NCBI GenBank assembly: GCA_040954595.2
Contig: CM082591.2
Location: 8,410,380 to 8,474,379, forward strand
Source of the DNA: Balanoglossus misakiensis
Taxonomy: Eukaryota; Animalia; Hemichordata
Reading direction: 5' to 3'
Length of the DNA stretch: 64,000 nt
Under the pieces are notes generated by a model, which was given only the letters and a program-made list of their open reading frames with translations, made no database searches and had not been told where the DNA came from. The translations under genes and the position numbers were made by a program. Of the stretch, positions 41,343 through 55,194 are shown in pieces (positions within the stretch are counted from its first letter, which is position 1; each line of letters starts with the position of its first letter).

Positions 41343-42860
41343 CAGAGACAGACAGAGAGACAGAGAGACTCACACGCATGTCTACCACAAACTTTGGTAG
41401 ACTCATTTTCAAAGTCAATGAGGTAGACAAAAATGACACACTTGTGTAAAACTTAATATGTTTTTTGATTTCACAAGAAGCCACCACACTATGTCAACAT
41501 TGATCTGGAAATCCCCTGTCTATTTTCGACGAAAACGACATTTGCATATCTACTAATCAATAAATGACCTCTGTTTAACCTGATTCACAAGGAGACCCCG
41601 TGGTCTGATAATGGAAGTACCGTAGTTTTCAACATTACAAAGTATTTGATCCAGAAAAATAATGGGTCAACAAACTTCTTGCAGTGTCCAGCGGCTTTCT
41701 CACATGTTGGCGCCATTGTTCTTGGCTATACCGTAGTTTATGATGTATGTGTAAATGTATATATTTATTGGATTTATTGAAGTCTTGGCACAAGATTGTG
41801 TATTTATCCATGAGAAGAAGATGTATGCTGCAAATATTATGAGCGCTGTGAACTTAGGTTATGAATAGGTAAAAATCCATATTCAAGTTCATACACTCCA
41901 GGCGTGAACAAAATTCAATCCCACATACTAGTAGTTTGCATATCGTATAAACCAACCCCTTTAATATGACAAGGAAATGGCCATATTCTAACATTTGGGA
42001 TCAAATGTTTGAATTTTACTTCTTGCAGTTCTGTCATAATGTAAATATTAACATCAATTCAATGTTGGCAGCCTCTCATGGTCACGCTCGCCACTGGCAC
42101 TGTAAAAAAGATCATTTACATCATTGGTAAATATGCTTGACAAAATACCCATCTTCATGGGGGGGGGGGGGGGGTTCTGTACCTGTACATACAATGGGTC
42201 TGTTGACACCATGCTAAGATGGCGTGATCAGTTCGGGGAATTCCGGCGTGTGAAGTCACGTGATCTTGACTACAAAAACCCGTGTCCCGGACACATTTGA
42301 AATCATCCAGGTTATTCCTTTGCCGCAACAAGATGTAAGTATGTTTTTTATGCGTATAACTGTTGGCCCTATATCGCGTTGGCGAAATAGGTCAGATTAA
42401 TGTCAGTACATGTAGTAGTATAGCATTGTGATCTTACGAAACAAAATCTTTATGAGTTGACAATGATTGGGAGTCCATGTGTTATCAGCAAATGTAGGTT
42501 TAAAATGGAAACCATTTTATCTTTTCTTACGCGGCAATGTTGCAAATTTATGGTTACTGCACATTTTCATCTTTGACATTTTTCTTTGAATTTAATGTGT
42601 CGATAAGTCCCATTCTCTGTATTAGACCCATCTAATGTAATCTACAACCGTCGCTTGCCTTGTTGGCGTACTAAGCAAATTTATTTGTCTGGATGGGAGA
42701 TGAATTTTCCTTTTGAGTGTTATTTAAACTCGTTTGTGTCAAATAATCTCGAAGCTGGCTATTTTGAATGTCACATGAAACAACCCGACCTATTGTTTGT
42801 TCTGGAAACCCCCTTAATATATTCTCCGAACTGGCCGATGGTTTGCATATCCCCTTGGCG
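32170..42860. repeat. Field of old, degenerate non-coding duplications (direct and inverted)
   Basis: ~32440-34130 resembles ~40370-41650; ~33830-34530 resembles ~38860-39550; ~34780-35350 resembles ~35790-36280; ~38480-38720 is an inverted copy of ~32170 and ~40270-40410. Confidence 0.7.
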
Positions 42861-43229
42861 ATTTGTCACAGTAATTTGTGATGTGCTACAATGCATCCCG
42901 GCGGCGCAGGTAATTTGTTTTTCGGTTTCGTTTTAGCGGCGATAGTGGGGACTCGACCATGAGTGGGAAAACAATTATGGATTAAATACTGGGTGATGCC
43001 ACCCATGTCTATATTAAATTTTATCATACATGCAACGCCTGTATTTGGCCACTTTTTATTGTTCTCGCCCCGAAGATATTTTACGGTATTTCACAATGTG
43101 AAATATATCTTCTCTCCGCGTCTCGAAATATTGTTGAGAACGCGTGGCGCGATAGTTCGCTGCGCGTGCGAGCGACGTACGGGGCATAGGACGCTAGTGG
43201 AGAGGGGTGTTGTAAAATTCGGTTATTAG

Positions 43230-43797
43230 AAGCTGTGCTTCTGCGGTCCGGATCCGGACCGCAGCTTTTTCGGCCGAAATTTGATTTTATCGAAGCAAAA
43301 TACCTTCCTAGTCTACTTCTACCTCCTAACTGACTCCAAATATGAAGTGATTAACTTGTCCTAACGTCAGAACTGCTCGCGTTCTGATTTATTTGTGTGT
43401 GTTTCCATGTCGAGATCGCCGTATTGAATGCAAGTCTTACAGCGAGTTTTTCTCCATGGGTAAACATAAAGGTTTTAGAAAACGAGCGGTTCTGACGTTA
43501 GGACAAGTTAATCCGTGGTTAATCGAATCATATTTCGAGTCGGTTTGGAGGTAGAAGTAGACTAGGAAAGTATTTTGCTTCGATAAGATCAAATTTCGGC
43601 CGAAAAAGCTGCGGTCCGGATTCGGACCGCAGAAGCACCAGTTTTTTCTATGGCGCCTTGCAGGGCTGTGGTGGAGGCCGTGTAACGCCGGGAACACACA
43701 GAACTGTACGTAGAGCTATGCAAGGCTCAACTCGCTGTAAGCCTAATTCAGTATGGCGATCTCAACATGTAAACACACAAAAATAAACCAGAACGCG
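43230..43797. repeat. Interleaved inverted repeats, transposon-derived
   Basis: 43236-43380 inverts to ~43484-43637; 43378-43449 inverts to 43729-43797; further copy at ~45360-45496. Confidence 0.75.
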
Positions 43798-45140
43798 ACT
43801 CGACTGGCAACTAGTTGCGCGAAAACAGCGGCTGCGCATGTGCAGCCGCCTCAGTAGCCGATCAACAAATCGATCTTTATCCGATAAATGCATAAATATT
43901 TTGTGGTTATTCTGGCAACAGCATGCATATATTATACTTGTCAATACGCTGATCAACCTGGTCATCTGACCAAGTATTTTTTCGTTAAAAGAACAACAAA
44001 AAACAGTTTGCGAATTTCAACTGCATACAATACGTACACTCGTCTTTCTCCACTATGTATTACTATTGACAAAATAAACTAACTAGTATTGCACTTCAAC
44101 AGTATCCTCATCAATAAAAACATGTTTTTTTCTCAGTTAACAGGTAATATGAAAGCCTATATCAGTAAAGAAAAAAAATACTAGCCTGGGTGCTTAATTT
44201 AATTGATGAATACGGAATTTTTAATCGTTATACTAAATTGGTCAGAATTTAAACGTAATACTAAATATTTTGTTTATTAAAAAAGGAGAAACTTATGTTT
44301 ACTTACAAAAACATTGACGTATTTTATTTAAAATGTATTTGAAACCAGCTATATATTTGTTATAAAAGATCACCCGGCGAGTTTAAAATCCGTGTAAGAT
44401 AGAGGAGTAGATCATGGGGAACTTAAAGAAAGTTGCGCAATTTAACATTAAGATTATTGAATTATCAAACTGCACATCATACAAATGTGTGAAAAATGCG
44501 GAGCCAAAAGTAGTGCCAATCTGTAAAAACGTTAAAAATAATAAACAAAATCCATGTTTCGAAATACAGTGAAAGTAATAACAAAGCAAGGGGGACTTTT
44601 CATTGTAGAATTACGAAGTATATTTTTTTAAGAAAAAATATATTGATTGAAAGATTTGTTTGTATGTAAAATTATACAAATAGAACTATGTATTTATAAG
44701 TTGATATGACCGGGCGAAATAGACACGAGTTTCGCCCAAAAAGATGTACACTGGCTGTGTAAGAACTCTTGAACTGTGGCGATAATCATAAGCTGGCGTT
44801 TTCGGTTACGATATATCATTCTGGTTACGGTACCCCCAAAATCGGAAACGCAATCAATGTCGAGTCAATCATCATAACCATTTTCGCGGAACTGAATAGT
44901 AGTTTATTTTCATATAACATCGATCACTGGCAAGATTAGTAAATTAGTTTAAAGTTTCTTTAACATAACTTGAGTTTATATGCAAATATTAAACTATAAA
45001 TACATACAAATATGCGATTTCATAGCAAATACTTATTCCCCAATATTTCAGGAGTCTACATGTCTACAGTCTGTAGTTCCTGGTTCAGAAAATAACAAAT
45101 AAACGCCATTTTCGCATATGCAGATGTCAAAATTTATTCA

Positions 45141-45348
45141 AGGCAAAGTGGTAACGCGGGGCAACCGCTTGCGCGTCAGGCAACTCGTCGCCCGAAAATC
45201 CGACATGACGGATTTCGAGGCGACGTCGCCAGACGCGTTCCATTGAGGCGACTACATCATACACACGAGGCAACTCGGTAGGCAACCCGGGTTGCGCGTC
45301 GAGTTGCCTACCGAGTTGCCTGCCGAGTTGCCTCGTGTAACTCGGCCT
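45141..45348. mobile_element. Small MITE with aggcCgagttacacgaggcaac-type ends and internal (ccgagttgcct) repeats
   Basis: Left aggcaaagtggtaacgcggggcaac, right gttgcctcgtgtaactcggcct. Confidence 0.5.
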
Positions 45349-46375
45349 TTAGGGACATAGACAGGGAAAGGATTTTGCTTCGATAAAATCGAATTTCGGC
45401 CGAAAAAGCTGCGGTCCGGATCAGGACTGCAGACGCACCAGTTTTGTCTGTGGAGGCCGTGTAACGCTGAGAACACACAGACCTGTACGCAGAGCTAACG
45501 GTCGGCACGCGTTTCTGCAGAAATACAAACGATCGTGGCGACAGAATCTCACCCTGGGACGGCCTTACACAAATGTAATCAATTCCCTAACAATTTTACT
45601 CCGACTTGTTGCCACGTCCTATACATTTCGGTGGCCGGTGGATAGAGTTTCAGTCGTCACGCTTAACTGGCTCGAAACAATTCCCCACGCTGATTCGACT
45701 CTCGCGCTGGCACGTCTAGCTCCGTGGTAACAGCCGTAAGGGGCCAGGTCATGTGATAATTGGATGCCTACCGTTCGCTATAAGGCGCCTTCTGATTGGT
45801 TTATTCGCCCAGTAAATCCTGAAGAGTTCAACGGGAGCTCCAGTGAGAGTTGGTCAGATGTAGTGTGAGGCGACAACAGAAAAAACCACGTCGCCGTTTC
45901 CTACGACAGCAGAAAAAAACCACGTCGCCGTTCCATACATCTGATTTAAATCAGATTGGGAAGGTACGGATGTGTAGCCTTAGGTGGCCATCAGCGCGAT
46001 CAAACCAGCCCACCAATGCTACAGTTATTGCATCTACAGTTTACCACTGTATGGCTGTATATGCAAGTGCAGCGTGTGTACTCATCATAGATGCACAGAC
46101 AAATAGAAAAGACAGCAGCTTTCACTGCAGCACAATCAAAGTGTAAATAGGCGAGACCGGCAATAGTGGTAGTCTTGTCCCTGGTCAATTTCCGCCCATG
46201 GCTGCGCTGTGCTACGAGAAAGGGGAGAGCTACGGGATATTGTAAACATGGCTCTCATTGAACAATAACTACGAACACGGTGGTTGGGTGAAACGATTTT
46301 GACATCGATAAATCATATTGTACTTGCTTGCGTCCGCTCGGACTTCAAGCAAACGTTTCCTTCCAAGTGGGGACC

Positions 46376-46629
46376 TAGTATCAGACCCCTTTGATTCCTT
46401 CGCTGCTCTCCAGAAAGGGTCTGGGGAAATTTCCATCAGCCGCTGATTGGCTGATCTGTCAGTATGATCTGGGTCAATGCAGCTCGACTATGCTAAAATG
46501 GAGATGCAACATGTAGTAAGTGGCTCTTGGCAATGTGTGAGTTGTTGTCTTGTCACATCAAGAGACCGGTGCTTGCTAGTTGATGTGTAAATTTTAGTCG
46601 AATTGAAGGGGTCTGGGTAACCGAGACTA
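46376..46629. mobile_element. MITE of the TAGTCTCGGTTACCCAGACC family
   Basis: Right end aggggtctgggtaaccgagacta; damaged left end tagtatcagacccct; flanks gtggggacc / gtgggaact resemble an 8-9 bp target duplication. Confidence 0.65.
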
Positions 46630-46875
46630 GTGGGAACTCGGCGCCATGGCCCTGATCAAAGTTGTTGACGGCAAAGTTGTGCTCTGGATTTCGCATCTTG
46701 TGTTAGATGAAAAGAATGACAGAAAGACACCAATTTCAAGTTTCATACTGCGGTAGAAGGCAGCAGACGTACGCTAAAATAGTGAAAATAGTGATTACTC
46801 GGCCGGGCGATCAGAAGAACCGTGACGCCAAAATTATCCTTCGCGAATCACGTGAGCACACCGAGTTCATATCTG

Positions 46876-46964
46876 GTAGCGTAGCGCAGCCAGCGATGGG
46901 AATGGGGCAGGTAAAAAGATAGTCTGGTCCCCTGCCCAATCCCACCGCTGGCTGCGCTACGCTA
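46876..46964. repeat. Short palindromic element (tagcgtagcgcagccagcg arms), additional half-copy at ~47253-47290
   Basis: tagcgtagcgcagccagcgatgggaatggggcagg...cctgcccaatcccaccgctggctgcgctacgcta. Confidence 0.7.
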
Positions 46965-48427
46965 AAGGGAAAGGGGTCAGGTACGACCCGTATCATGCTC
47001 AGAAACCTGGGCAGACCACGTGATCATAAACAAGATGGATGCCTCCAATGTCCGAACGCCAGTCAAGATTCATCCAGGCAGTTTATGTTGTTACATTTGT
47101 CGTAAAGTTGGAAATCGAATGACAAACATTCATGGAGGTGAAGGAGAGAACGGGAAATGAGTATCTTACAACAACTGGAGTAGAGGTAGTGCTCGTATTT
47201 ATTGACCAATGAGAGCCATGTTTACAATAGGCGGTGCCCCACCTTTCCCTTAAGCGTAGCGCAGCCAGCGGTGGGATTTGGGCAGGGGACCACACTAGTA
47301 AAAAGACTGCTAGCAATGCCCTCACAAATCTTCGGCAATAACGTCAACTTAAGAAAGTTGCGCACCTTTCCTGTCCTCATGCTATAGAGGCAAAGGCTTT
47401 TGTGTGCACATTCTCTCAATCCATTGTAAAGAAAAGTTGTACAAACGCATCGACTTTGTGATTAGAATGCATTGTTGTATAAAGGGGACTGCAGCTCCCG
47501 CGTCCTCGATCCCAGTCGTATTGAAATTCTAAGAAAACAAGTCTTATTGTACACATAAATCACTTATTTTTGAGACCCTTCATTTTGGGAAGGAACGGGT
47601 GTGGGTGCATCAAAACTTTCAGGATGAATCTTGCCTGGTGCGTTAACCATTAACCATTAACCATTATTTTCATGACAAAAAAGGAACGTTTTTATTTCTG
47701 ATGTGAGTGATTGACGTTTTTATTTGTGATGAGTTATTGACATCAAATCATACAGAATAAATTTTCAAAATAACAATGCAATTGACAATATGCAATCTAA
47801 ATACACAGACTTTCAAGTGAACTTAGTTTGTTTAACCTTGAACATTTGTAGCATTTTGCAAAGAAAAACAATATTAAGAAATAGAAAGCACTGCAGGAAT
47901 TTCAGAAATGAACTTACACTATGTTTATTCATTAGCATGTATACAGTGTTGACGAAAGTCAAAAGTCATATGAAAAGGCACCGGACACCTTTACAAAGCC
48001 ACCAAGACTCAGACAAGTCAAAATGGCTTTTGCAGATTTAGCTGGTTTTGGTGTTCTCTGTTCACAATCAATATATTTTCATGCGTAATTGACAATAGCT
48101 GTTTTCTGCCAAACTGTTCATGTTATAAAATAGTATTCTACTTTTGTTTAATCACAGAACTAAACCAAGGTAATAAACACGCACATTTCAAGTCTTTCAA
48201 AGACCCTTTTTGGCCGAATGGACGTCTCTTGCGACGTACCATGTCTATCCATCCATGTGTAACAGAGGAAGTATTGTAGACGTTTGTTCTACTGCTTTAT
48301 GAAAACTAAATAGCTATAATTCACACATTTTTACAGATTCGGTTCTCTTTGAATTGTCCTGACCTGAATAAATTATTGAGTATAAGATTTACATAAAAAT
48401 ATAACTTTTCTGATACTGTTGTCCTAA

Positions 48428-48708
48428 GGCCAAAATAAAAAAAATGTGCTGATTACCTGACCTACCCTAATTTTAACCCGCCGACCTGAAACTTTTTAGA
48501 GCTTCGTCAATCCGGAAGTAAAAATAATGATGTCAAATATACTAAATTTATGAAAATTTTGCGAATCACGCTAGAACTATGACGTCATCCTTCTTCACTA
48601 CCGGGACCAGAGAAATAAACAAAATCGCAAAATAATTTTTTCCCTACCTACCTACCCTATTTTTGAAAACCATGTAATCGGAACAGGACATATTATTTTT
48701 TTTTGGCC
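48428..48708. mobile_element. Harbinger-type MITE
   Basis: taa|ggccaaaataaaaaaaatgtg...catattatttttttttggcc|taa; TAA target duplication. Confidence 0.7.
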
Positions 48709-49660
48709 TAAGATTAACTTTAAAAAAAACAGAATTTCATCTGTTAGTCTAACTCTATTAGTGACAACATTAAAAGTTATGTTACAATTTACAAAGAACA
48801 GCCTTATAAAATGAAAGTATGGGTGCATTGCTGGATGCCGGAAATTAAGCGTGCAGTAAGGGTTAAATGGCGCCCCAGCACTAGAGCTCCCGTTCAATCA
48901 TAGACACTCGACTGGTAAAAAGTTTCAAATTTTTCAATCGATATTTGTTCAATTTGGCCCTGGTTGGGTAGCAAGGTAACCAATTTAAGATTTCCGCGCC
49001 CAGTTCGGATTCGTTTTGGTGTGTTGGGTCCGTTTTGGCTCAGTCACTTGATTATTGTATAGTTTCTCGTGGCAAATTTGGGCGCGCCATTCAGTACACG
49101 TACTAAAATAATTTTCAGTTTAACGTTTGCATGCAATATAAGAACATGTTATATATTCCTTACACAAAATGCCCTATATATACGATTATTTATTATTTAG
49201 GGATGAGTATTTGGTATTCATTTCAACCACATATAAAATAACTGGGCTCATGCAGGACACCCCTGTCTAACGTCTCTCTCTAGCTTGAATGGTAAAGTAA
49301 CCCGACCATTGTTTATGACTGTACTCGCATAAATTATTTTTGTCCACCTTATAAAATCCCACAGAAATATAAAAACAATATCCCTCCTCACTACTTTTCA
49401 CTAAGAACAATTATGTCTTGTATGAGACTAAACTCTCGTTTGATATAACCAGCCTTTTCGGTATTTATCATTTTTGGTGAAAAACAATGTAGCATGTCTA
49501 CCAGAAAGAACGCTAGATAACGGCTTATAGTCTATGTAGAATTTTGAGAAAGCAATGTTGTAATATTGTAATTTTATTGACATTTGTAAAAAGGTGTCAA
49601 AAGAGAAGCTTTATCAAATTATATAAGTGTGTATATGGGAAATCCGTTAATGTGAAATAA

Positions 49661-49816
49661 AATAATATAAGGTTATTCACAAAATACCGGGATTTATGTC
49701 CGAGTACATCGTGCAGCGCAGGTATTGTCCGAGACGCGCAGCGTCGAGGACAATACCGAAGCGTACGATGTACGAGGACATAAATCCCGGTATTTTGTGA
49801 ATAACCTTATTATTAT
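49661..49816. repeat. ~155-nt bulged hairpin at the end of a repeat element
   Basis: ataaggttattcacaaaataccgggatttatgtcc...ggacataaatcccggtattttgtgaataaccttat with a paired but mismatched GC-rich centre. Confidence 0.85.
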
Positions 49817-52390
49817 ACACCTTTTCCGGACGTCCTTGATGAACGATAAAGAATAAATAGGCCGCTATCGGACTTTCTAGTTTTCAGACGCCGCCATGAC
49901 GTAATTTGCATATCGAACGCGCCTTCACCTCGCGCATCAGGTGATGCTAGTGTCGAGCTGCTGACGTCTCGCGCGCGACGTTCTACGCTGCAGCGATGAA
50001 CGCGCTCGCCTGTTCGTTCACACATTCCTTCGACTGAAATTTCATCGAGGATTTTGACTTATTTCGCATCTTGGGCCACCAATAATTTTGTTTAATAACG
50101 ACTGTGTACTTTTTATATAATTTTTTGTGAGAGTAGGGTGCAATATCATCATTGTTTACATCAGACAGCTGTGAGGTCAAAGGTCAAATATGCGTCCAAT
50201 AACCCTGTGGGTTATGGGACTCCGCGTCCTCATTTGAATAATTATTGGACGGTGATACCGCGAATTATTGTATTACGGAACTCCATAGGTTACAGCAGTA
50301 GGTGTATAATAATAAATTAATAACGAACACACTATGTGATCATTCTTAGATCCGCTGTCAGCGACGCGGAGCTTATCACATAAGTGGACTGTGTGTCGGC
50401 GTCGTTGTCGTCAGCACCCCTGGTCCAAATCGTTTGCAATTTGAATGCAGCTTCCTTCAGATGACTTTGGTCAAGTCTGTTCAATTTGTGGTAAAATGTG
50501 CGTGTTGTGTGGCAATTTTTGCCTTTTTCGTTAAAAATCATTTTCTCTAAAACCGCTTGTTAGATTGTTTTGAAATTAATCATGCAGGTTACAAGGGATG
50601 ATATAAGTAAAGTATAGTAATAAAATTTGCATATATGTCTTTTTGGGGGAATATTTCCCGTTTTTAGTCAAATTTTTTTCCTCTGAACCTACCTGTCAGA
50701 TTGTTCTAAAATTTGTTATGCCAGGTACCTAGAGATGATATAAATAACGTATAGTAATCGTGTGGTTCCCGGGACAAATGAGGGTCCGGTTATTTTCCCC
50801 AACACGATCACAGAGAATTTCACTAAGCAAAATGGCTATGATACTGTTCTCAGTCAACAGGCTCCGACGGCACATCAATGTGTATCGGGTGAAATGCTTC
50901 TTGTAGTGCATGCCCAACAACTCAGTGTAGATGTCGCCTGGATAGGCGGACCGTCTCCTGCTGGAAACTCCTTGAGTTGGCCTCAAACGGGAGGAATAAC
51001 TCTCACAACCCGGAGCTGCAGTAACGTGCGTCATTTATTGTACAGAACTTCCCCCTAATTAAATAAAGAATTATATAAAAATAATAATTGTAATAATAAT
51101 AGGTCCGATTTCCACAAAAAAATCACCATAGGGGTATTTTGGCTCAAAAAGAACAAAAATGATATCCGTTTAGTGATCACATGTTTCTATGGCAACCATT
51201 TTGGGGCTGAAATTATGCTTTTTGTGCTAAGAGAGGGTATCACAACTCAATTTAAATAATAATAGCTTGGATTTGAACACAAAATCACACTGACAGTTTT
51301 TTTGGTCACAAAGAAAACATTTGGGGTTTATTTTCCGAATGCACATTTATAAGTTGGTGAAATTTGACTTTTCTTTCAAGACAGAGGAACTACGCATGTG
51401 CAGAACAACTGGCAATGCAGACTGCCGATTTTCACAGTTTCACTACAAAAAATCTCAATATACAATAGTATCGTTGGGGAATCCAATCAATCGACTGTTC
51501 ATGCATATTTCCTGACTGTTGACCAGTTTTAAAACAAATCCATTGGTATTGCATAAACGTTTACCGTCTATTTGTTGTTGAATGGTTATCGAAATAAGGC
51601 AGTTACAGGACACACTCGTAGAAGAAGTACACTGTTCGAGTGTTGACGGCGAGTCTGTGTTAAATTTGGCAACTTCAACACTAAATAGACAACTAGCAGA
51701 AAAGTCTGTAAGCTTCTAAATTTTTGGAAATGTTTTATTTGGTATGGTTATGAAATAACTTTCGTTTATGAAGAATCAAATCTCAGCGACGCACGATAGC
51801 TTCTGATGAATGCGAAGACCTGTCAGCTGACACGCAAATGCATCAAAACATAAAATTCAACATTGAAAACGGAGCCGCGAGATGCCTCGTGTGTCTTTCC
51901 TGTCACCTCGTCTGAGAAAATAATAACATTCCCGAGAAATAATAACACGAAATCCAAAGTTTCTTCATTTCTCCGATTCTATTTGGCTGCCATGTAAACA
52001 TTGCGTCCGTTTGACACCGACACAAACGTAGCATAACTCAGAGGTCAATACTTCGATTAAAAACAATGATTTAAACACTAACCTTCCTGTTCCACGATAT
52101 CTGCAGTTTCTATGGCGCTCAAATCTCACGATATGTGCAATTCTAAAGCCAACTGGGGTATTATTCCTGTCGTTTTAGACACGAAAACTAGGCAGACGAC
52201 ACAACGCGAAACAGCTCGTTCACACTCAGTTGACATTGCGTGATTTCAGAGCGCGCGCAAACATACGAAAAATTGCTACAATGTTGTACATATATAAACT
52301 CGGTCTCCAACTCCTGTTGGCTTTCAAGCGAACTTTTTAGGGGACCGAGCGCCCTCAGGCGCTCGGTCCCCTTCTGTTATTGCTGGAGTT

Positions 52391-53553
52391 TTTAGGGCAC
52401 AAGCCAAGCAGGCTTGTGCCCTATTGGTATTACTGGGGTTTTTCATCTTTTTTTTCTTGTGTAGTTTTTTTGCTCAGGTAAATCTTGAAAACGGCTGAAC
52501 CTACAAATCTCAAACTTGGCACAGTGTTGCAGGCCTATGAGAGCTGGTGCTGTACCCTCGTGAATGTTTAATAAGTCATGTGACCTGATGACCATATATG
52601 GGCAAAGTTTTCAAATGGGCCTAATTTGCATATGAATGGAAATATCAAAATTCTTTTAGCGATTTTTGCGGACCATGTGGTCAGTGTCCTACATGCCAAA
52701 TGTCAAGGCCGTGGGCCAAGTCTATTTTGAGAAGAACATTTTTTTATTTTTCATATTTTTGGACCTAGCCATAGGCCTATACTTTCTATAGTTAAGATAT
52801 GATGCTATGTCCACGTTGACTGTGCAATGGTCCTGTACAGTGACTGTCTATTGGCCCGTGAGCAGATTGGGACCCCAATAAAAGGCAAAATTTTGGGCTC
52901 ACCTGTAACACCTGCTTAACTCATTAATTATGTGCATACCTTATTCCAGGCTAACTAATATGGCTAGAGGTTTTGTTCTTGTGGGACATGGACCAGTATG
53001 GGATCAAAAATTTTTGCCCAAATTTTGGGTGACCTCACGTGACCTTTGACCTACTTTCCTATATCTCGGCATCCACAGCAGGTACAGACTTGGCGTTTGG
53101 AGGGTTGTGACTAAAATTGAAAAGACAAAATTGGGGGTCACCTGTGACACCTGCATTATCTCATTAATTATGTGCATACCTAATTCCAGGCTAGCCAATA
53201 GGGCTCAAGGTTTGATTTTTGTTCAACATGGACCAGTATGGGGTTAAAATTTCTTGCCCAATTTTGGGTGACTTCAGGTGACCTTTGACCTACTTTACCA
53301 TATCTTGGCAACCAGCGCAGATACAGCCTTGGCATTTGGAGGCATGGAACTCCTAATGGAGCCTTATACTTTACATCATTAATTTTGCGCATATCTAATT
53401 TCAGACAAACCAATAGGGCTAGAGGTCTGGTATCTGTTGAACCTGGACTAGTATGGGGGGTCAAAACTTTTTGCCCAAATTTTGGGTGACCACATATGAC
53501 CTTTGACCTTCGGCTTAAGCTTGTGCCCGTCATCGCTGCTTGCAGCTATATTT
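52391..53553 (+). mobile_element. Second HINE-like element nested inside the first
   Basis: 5' hairpin tagggcacaagcc-aagca-ggcttgtgcccta, 3' gcttgtgccc + gctgcttgcagc + tatattt; inserted in a T-run; internal ~240-bp degenerate repeats. Confidence 0.75.
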
Positions 53554-54690
53554 CCTCTTTCTTCTTGAGTCGTTTTTTTGCTCCCATTTTTCTCAAAATT
53601 TCCTCGACGCACGTTCATGAAACTCTGCACGGTGGTGGGAGTACATGAGTACTGGTGCACCTGCCCTTTCATTTTGTAATTAGTCACGTCACTTGGTGGC
53701 TATAATCGAGCGAAATTTTCAAATTGACATAATTTGCACGTTAATGGCGGCATGTACATTCTGTTCGCGATTTTTGTAGACCATATGACCAAAATCCCCT
53801 GTGCCAAATTTCAAGGTCCTAGGCCACGTCAATTTTGAGAAGAAGATTTTTGTAATATTTTTCGCATTTTTTGGTGGGCTGAGGACGAACACTGGGGTAT
53901 CGGACTTTCACTGTCATTACGTAATCCTGCGGAGGTCTCATTAGCAGGGTACACACTTAGTTGGAAAATCGGCTGAAATACATAAACAGACCAGTGATTA
54001 TTTTCCACGGAATGAATTTGGGACAACACATGATCGGAGTTCAGGCTGTGTTACGGCGTTTTATTGAAGTACGCTGAGTTTGTTAGCTGTTGCCGTTCAA
54101 ATGTTTCTATCCAGACCCGGCTACACTGGTAAACATTGTGGCAGTGGACTTTGACCCTCAGTCGCTAATGGGCGAGTCAGATTTCATTAGCATGGTAGTC
54201 CCATGTAGTGGGTATTAGTTCGGGAAATCGGCCGAATACGTAAGCAGACCAGTGATTTTCTTGCACGAAGGGAGTATGGTACCAGCAATAATCAGAGATC
54301 AGGCTTTGTTGCCGTTCAAAAGTTCCTACCTCAGTCGTGACGTTGCAACTGCACGTTCAGTATGGGGGTCGGCCCGCAGGTGGCCGTGGGGGTTGTCAGG
54401 TCGCCCATAATGGCACGCAGCTTCATGCAGCTGTATGGAACCAAAATAATACGCCCGATTCGGGGGTCACCTGTGATACCTGCGTAACTCAATTATGTGC
54501 ATGCGCAATTGTGGGGTCAATGAAAGGGATGCTAGCGTAGTTTTTGTTGCACATGGATCAATATGAAGTCCGATTTTCCTGTCACGTTGTGGGCGACCTT
54601 GTGTGACATTTCACCTACTTTTGCTTAGTGAATAACAGCAGATGCATGCAGCTTTGGCGTAGGGGATATACGGATGGGTTCATAATGATA

Positions 54691-55194
54691 ATAATAATAA
54701 TAATAATATTTAATTCTTAAAAAACGCTTTCCATGTAAAAAGACATCCCAAAGCGCTGTACATCGCTGCTTAAAAATACAAAGACAAGTAAAATGCTAAA
54801 AATGTATCATAAAAAAAATAGACAATGGTTAAAAATGGATAAAAAATGGATAAAAAAGTCATTCCCTGAATAAAAACGTTTTAAGGCTGGATTTAAAAAC
54901 ATTAAAATTCTCACTGCTACGGAGTGGAACCGGTAGCTTATTCCACAACCGTGGTGCTCCTGTAGAGAATGACCTGTCACCATAAAAGGCTGTGTTAACT
55001 TTGGGATGATCAAGAATAAAAGAACAATCAGTTGTAGAACGAAGGTTACGGACAGAAGAACGAACACTTATGAGCTCCTTCAGGTACGACGGAGCCATAT
55101 TATTTAAAACTTTGTAGGTTAAACAAAGAATTTTAAAATCAATCCGTTTCTGTATAGGAAGCCAGTGCAATCTCTTAAGTAGTGGTGATATACC
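54691..55194 (-). mobile_element. 5'-truncated L2/CR1-group LINE
   Basis: LHWLPIQKRIDFKILCLTYKVLNNMAPSYLKEL...GDRSFSTGAPRLWNKLP...FKSSLKTFLF; (TAT)n tail; AATGATA duplicated at 54684-54690 and 55195-55201; empty site visible in the copy at ~16795-16815. Confidence 0.9.
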
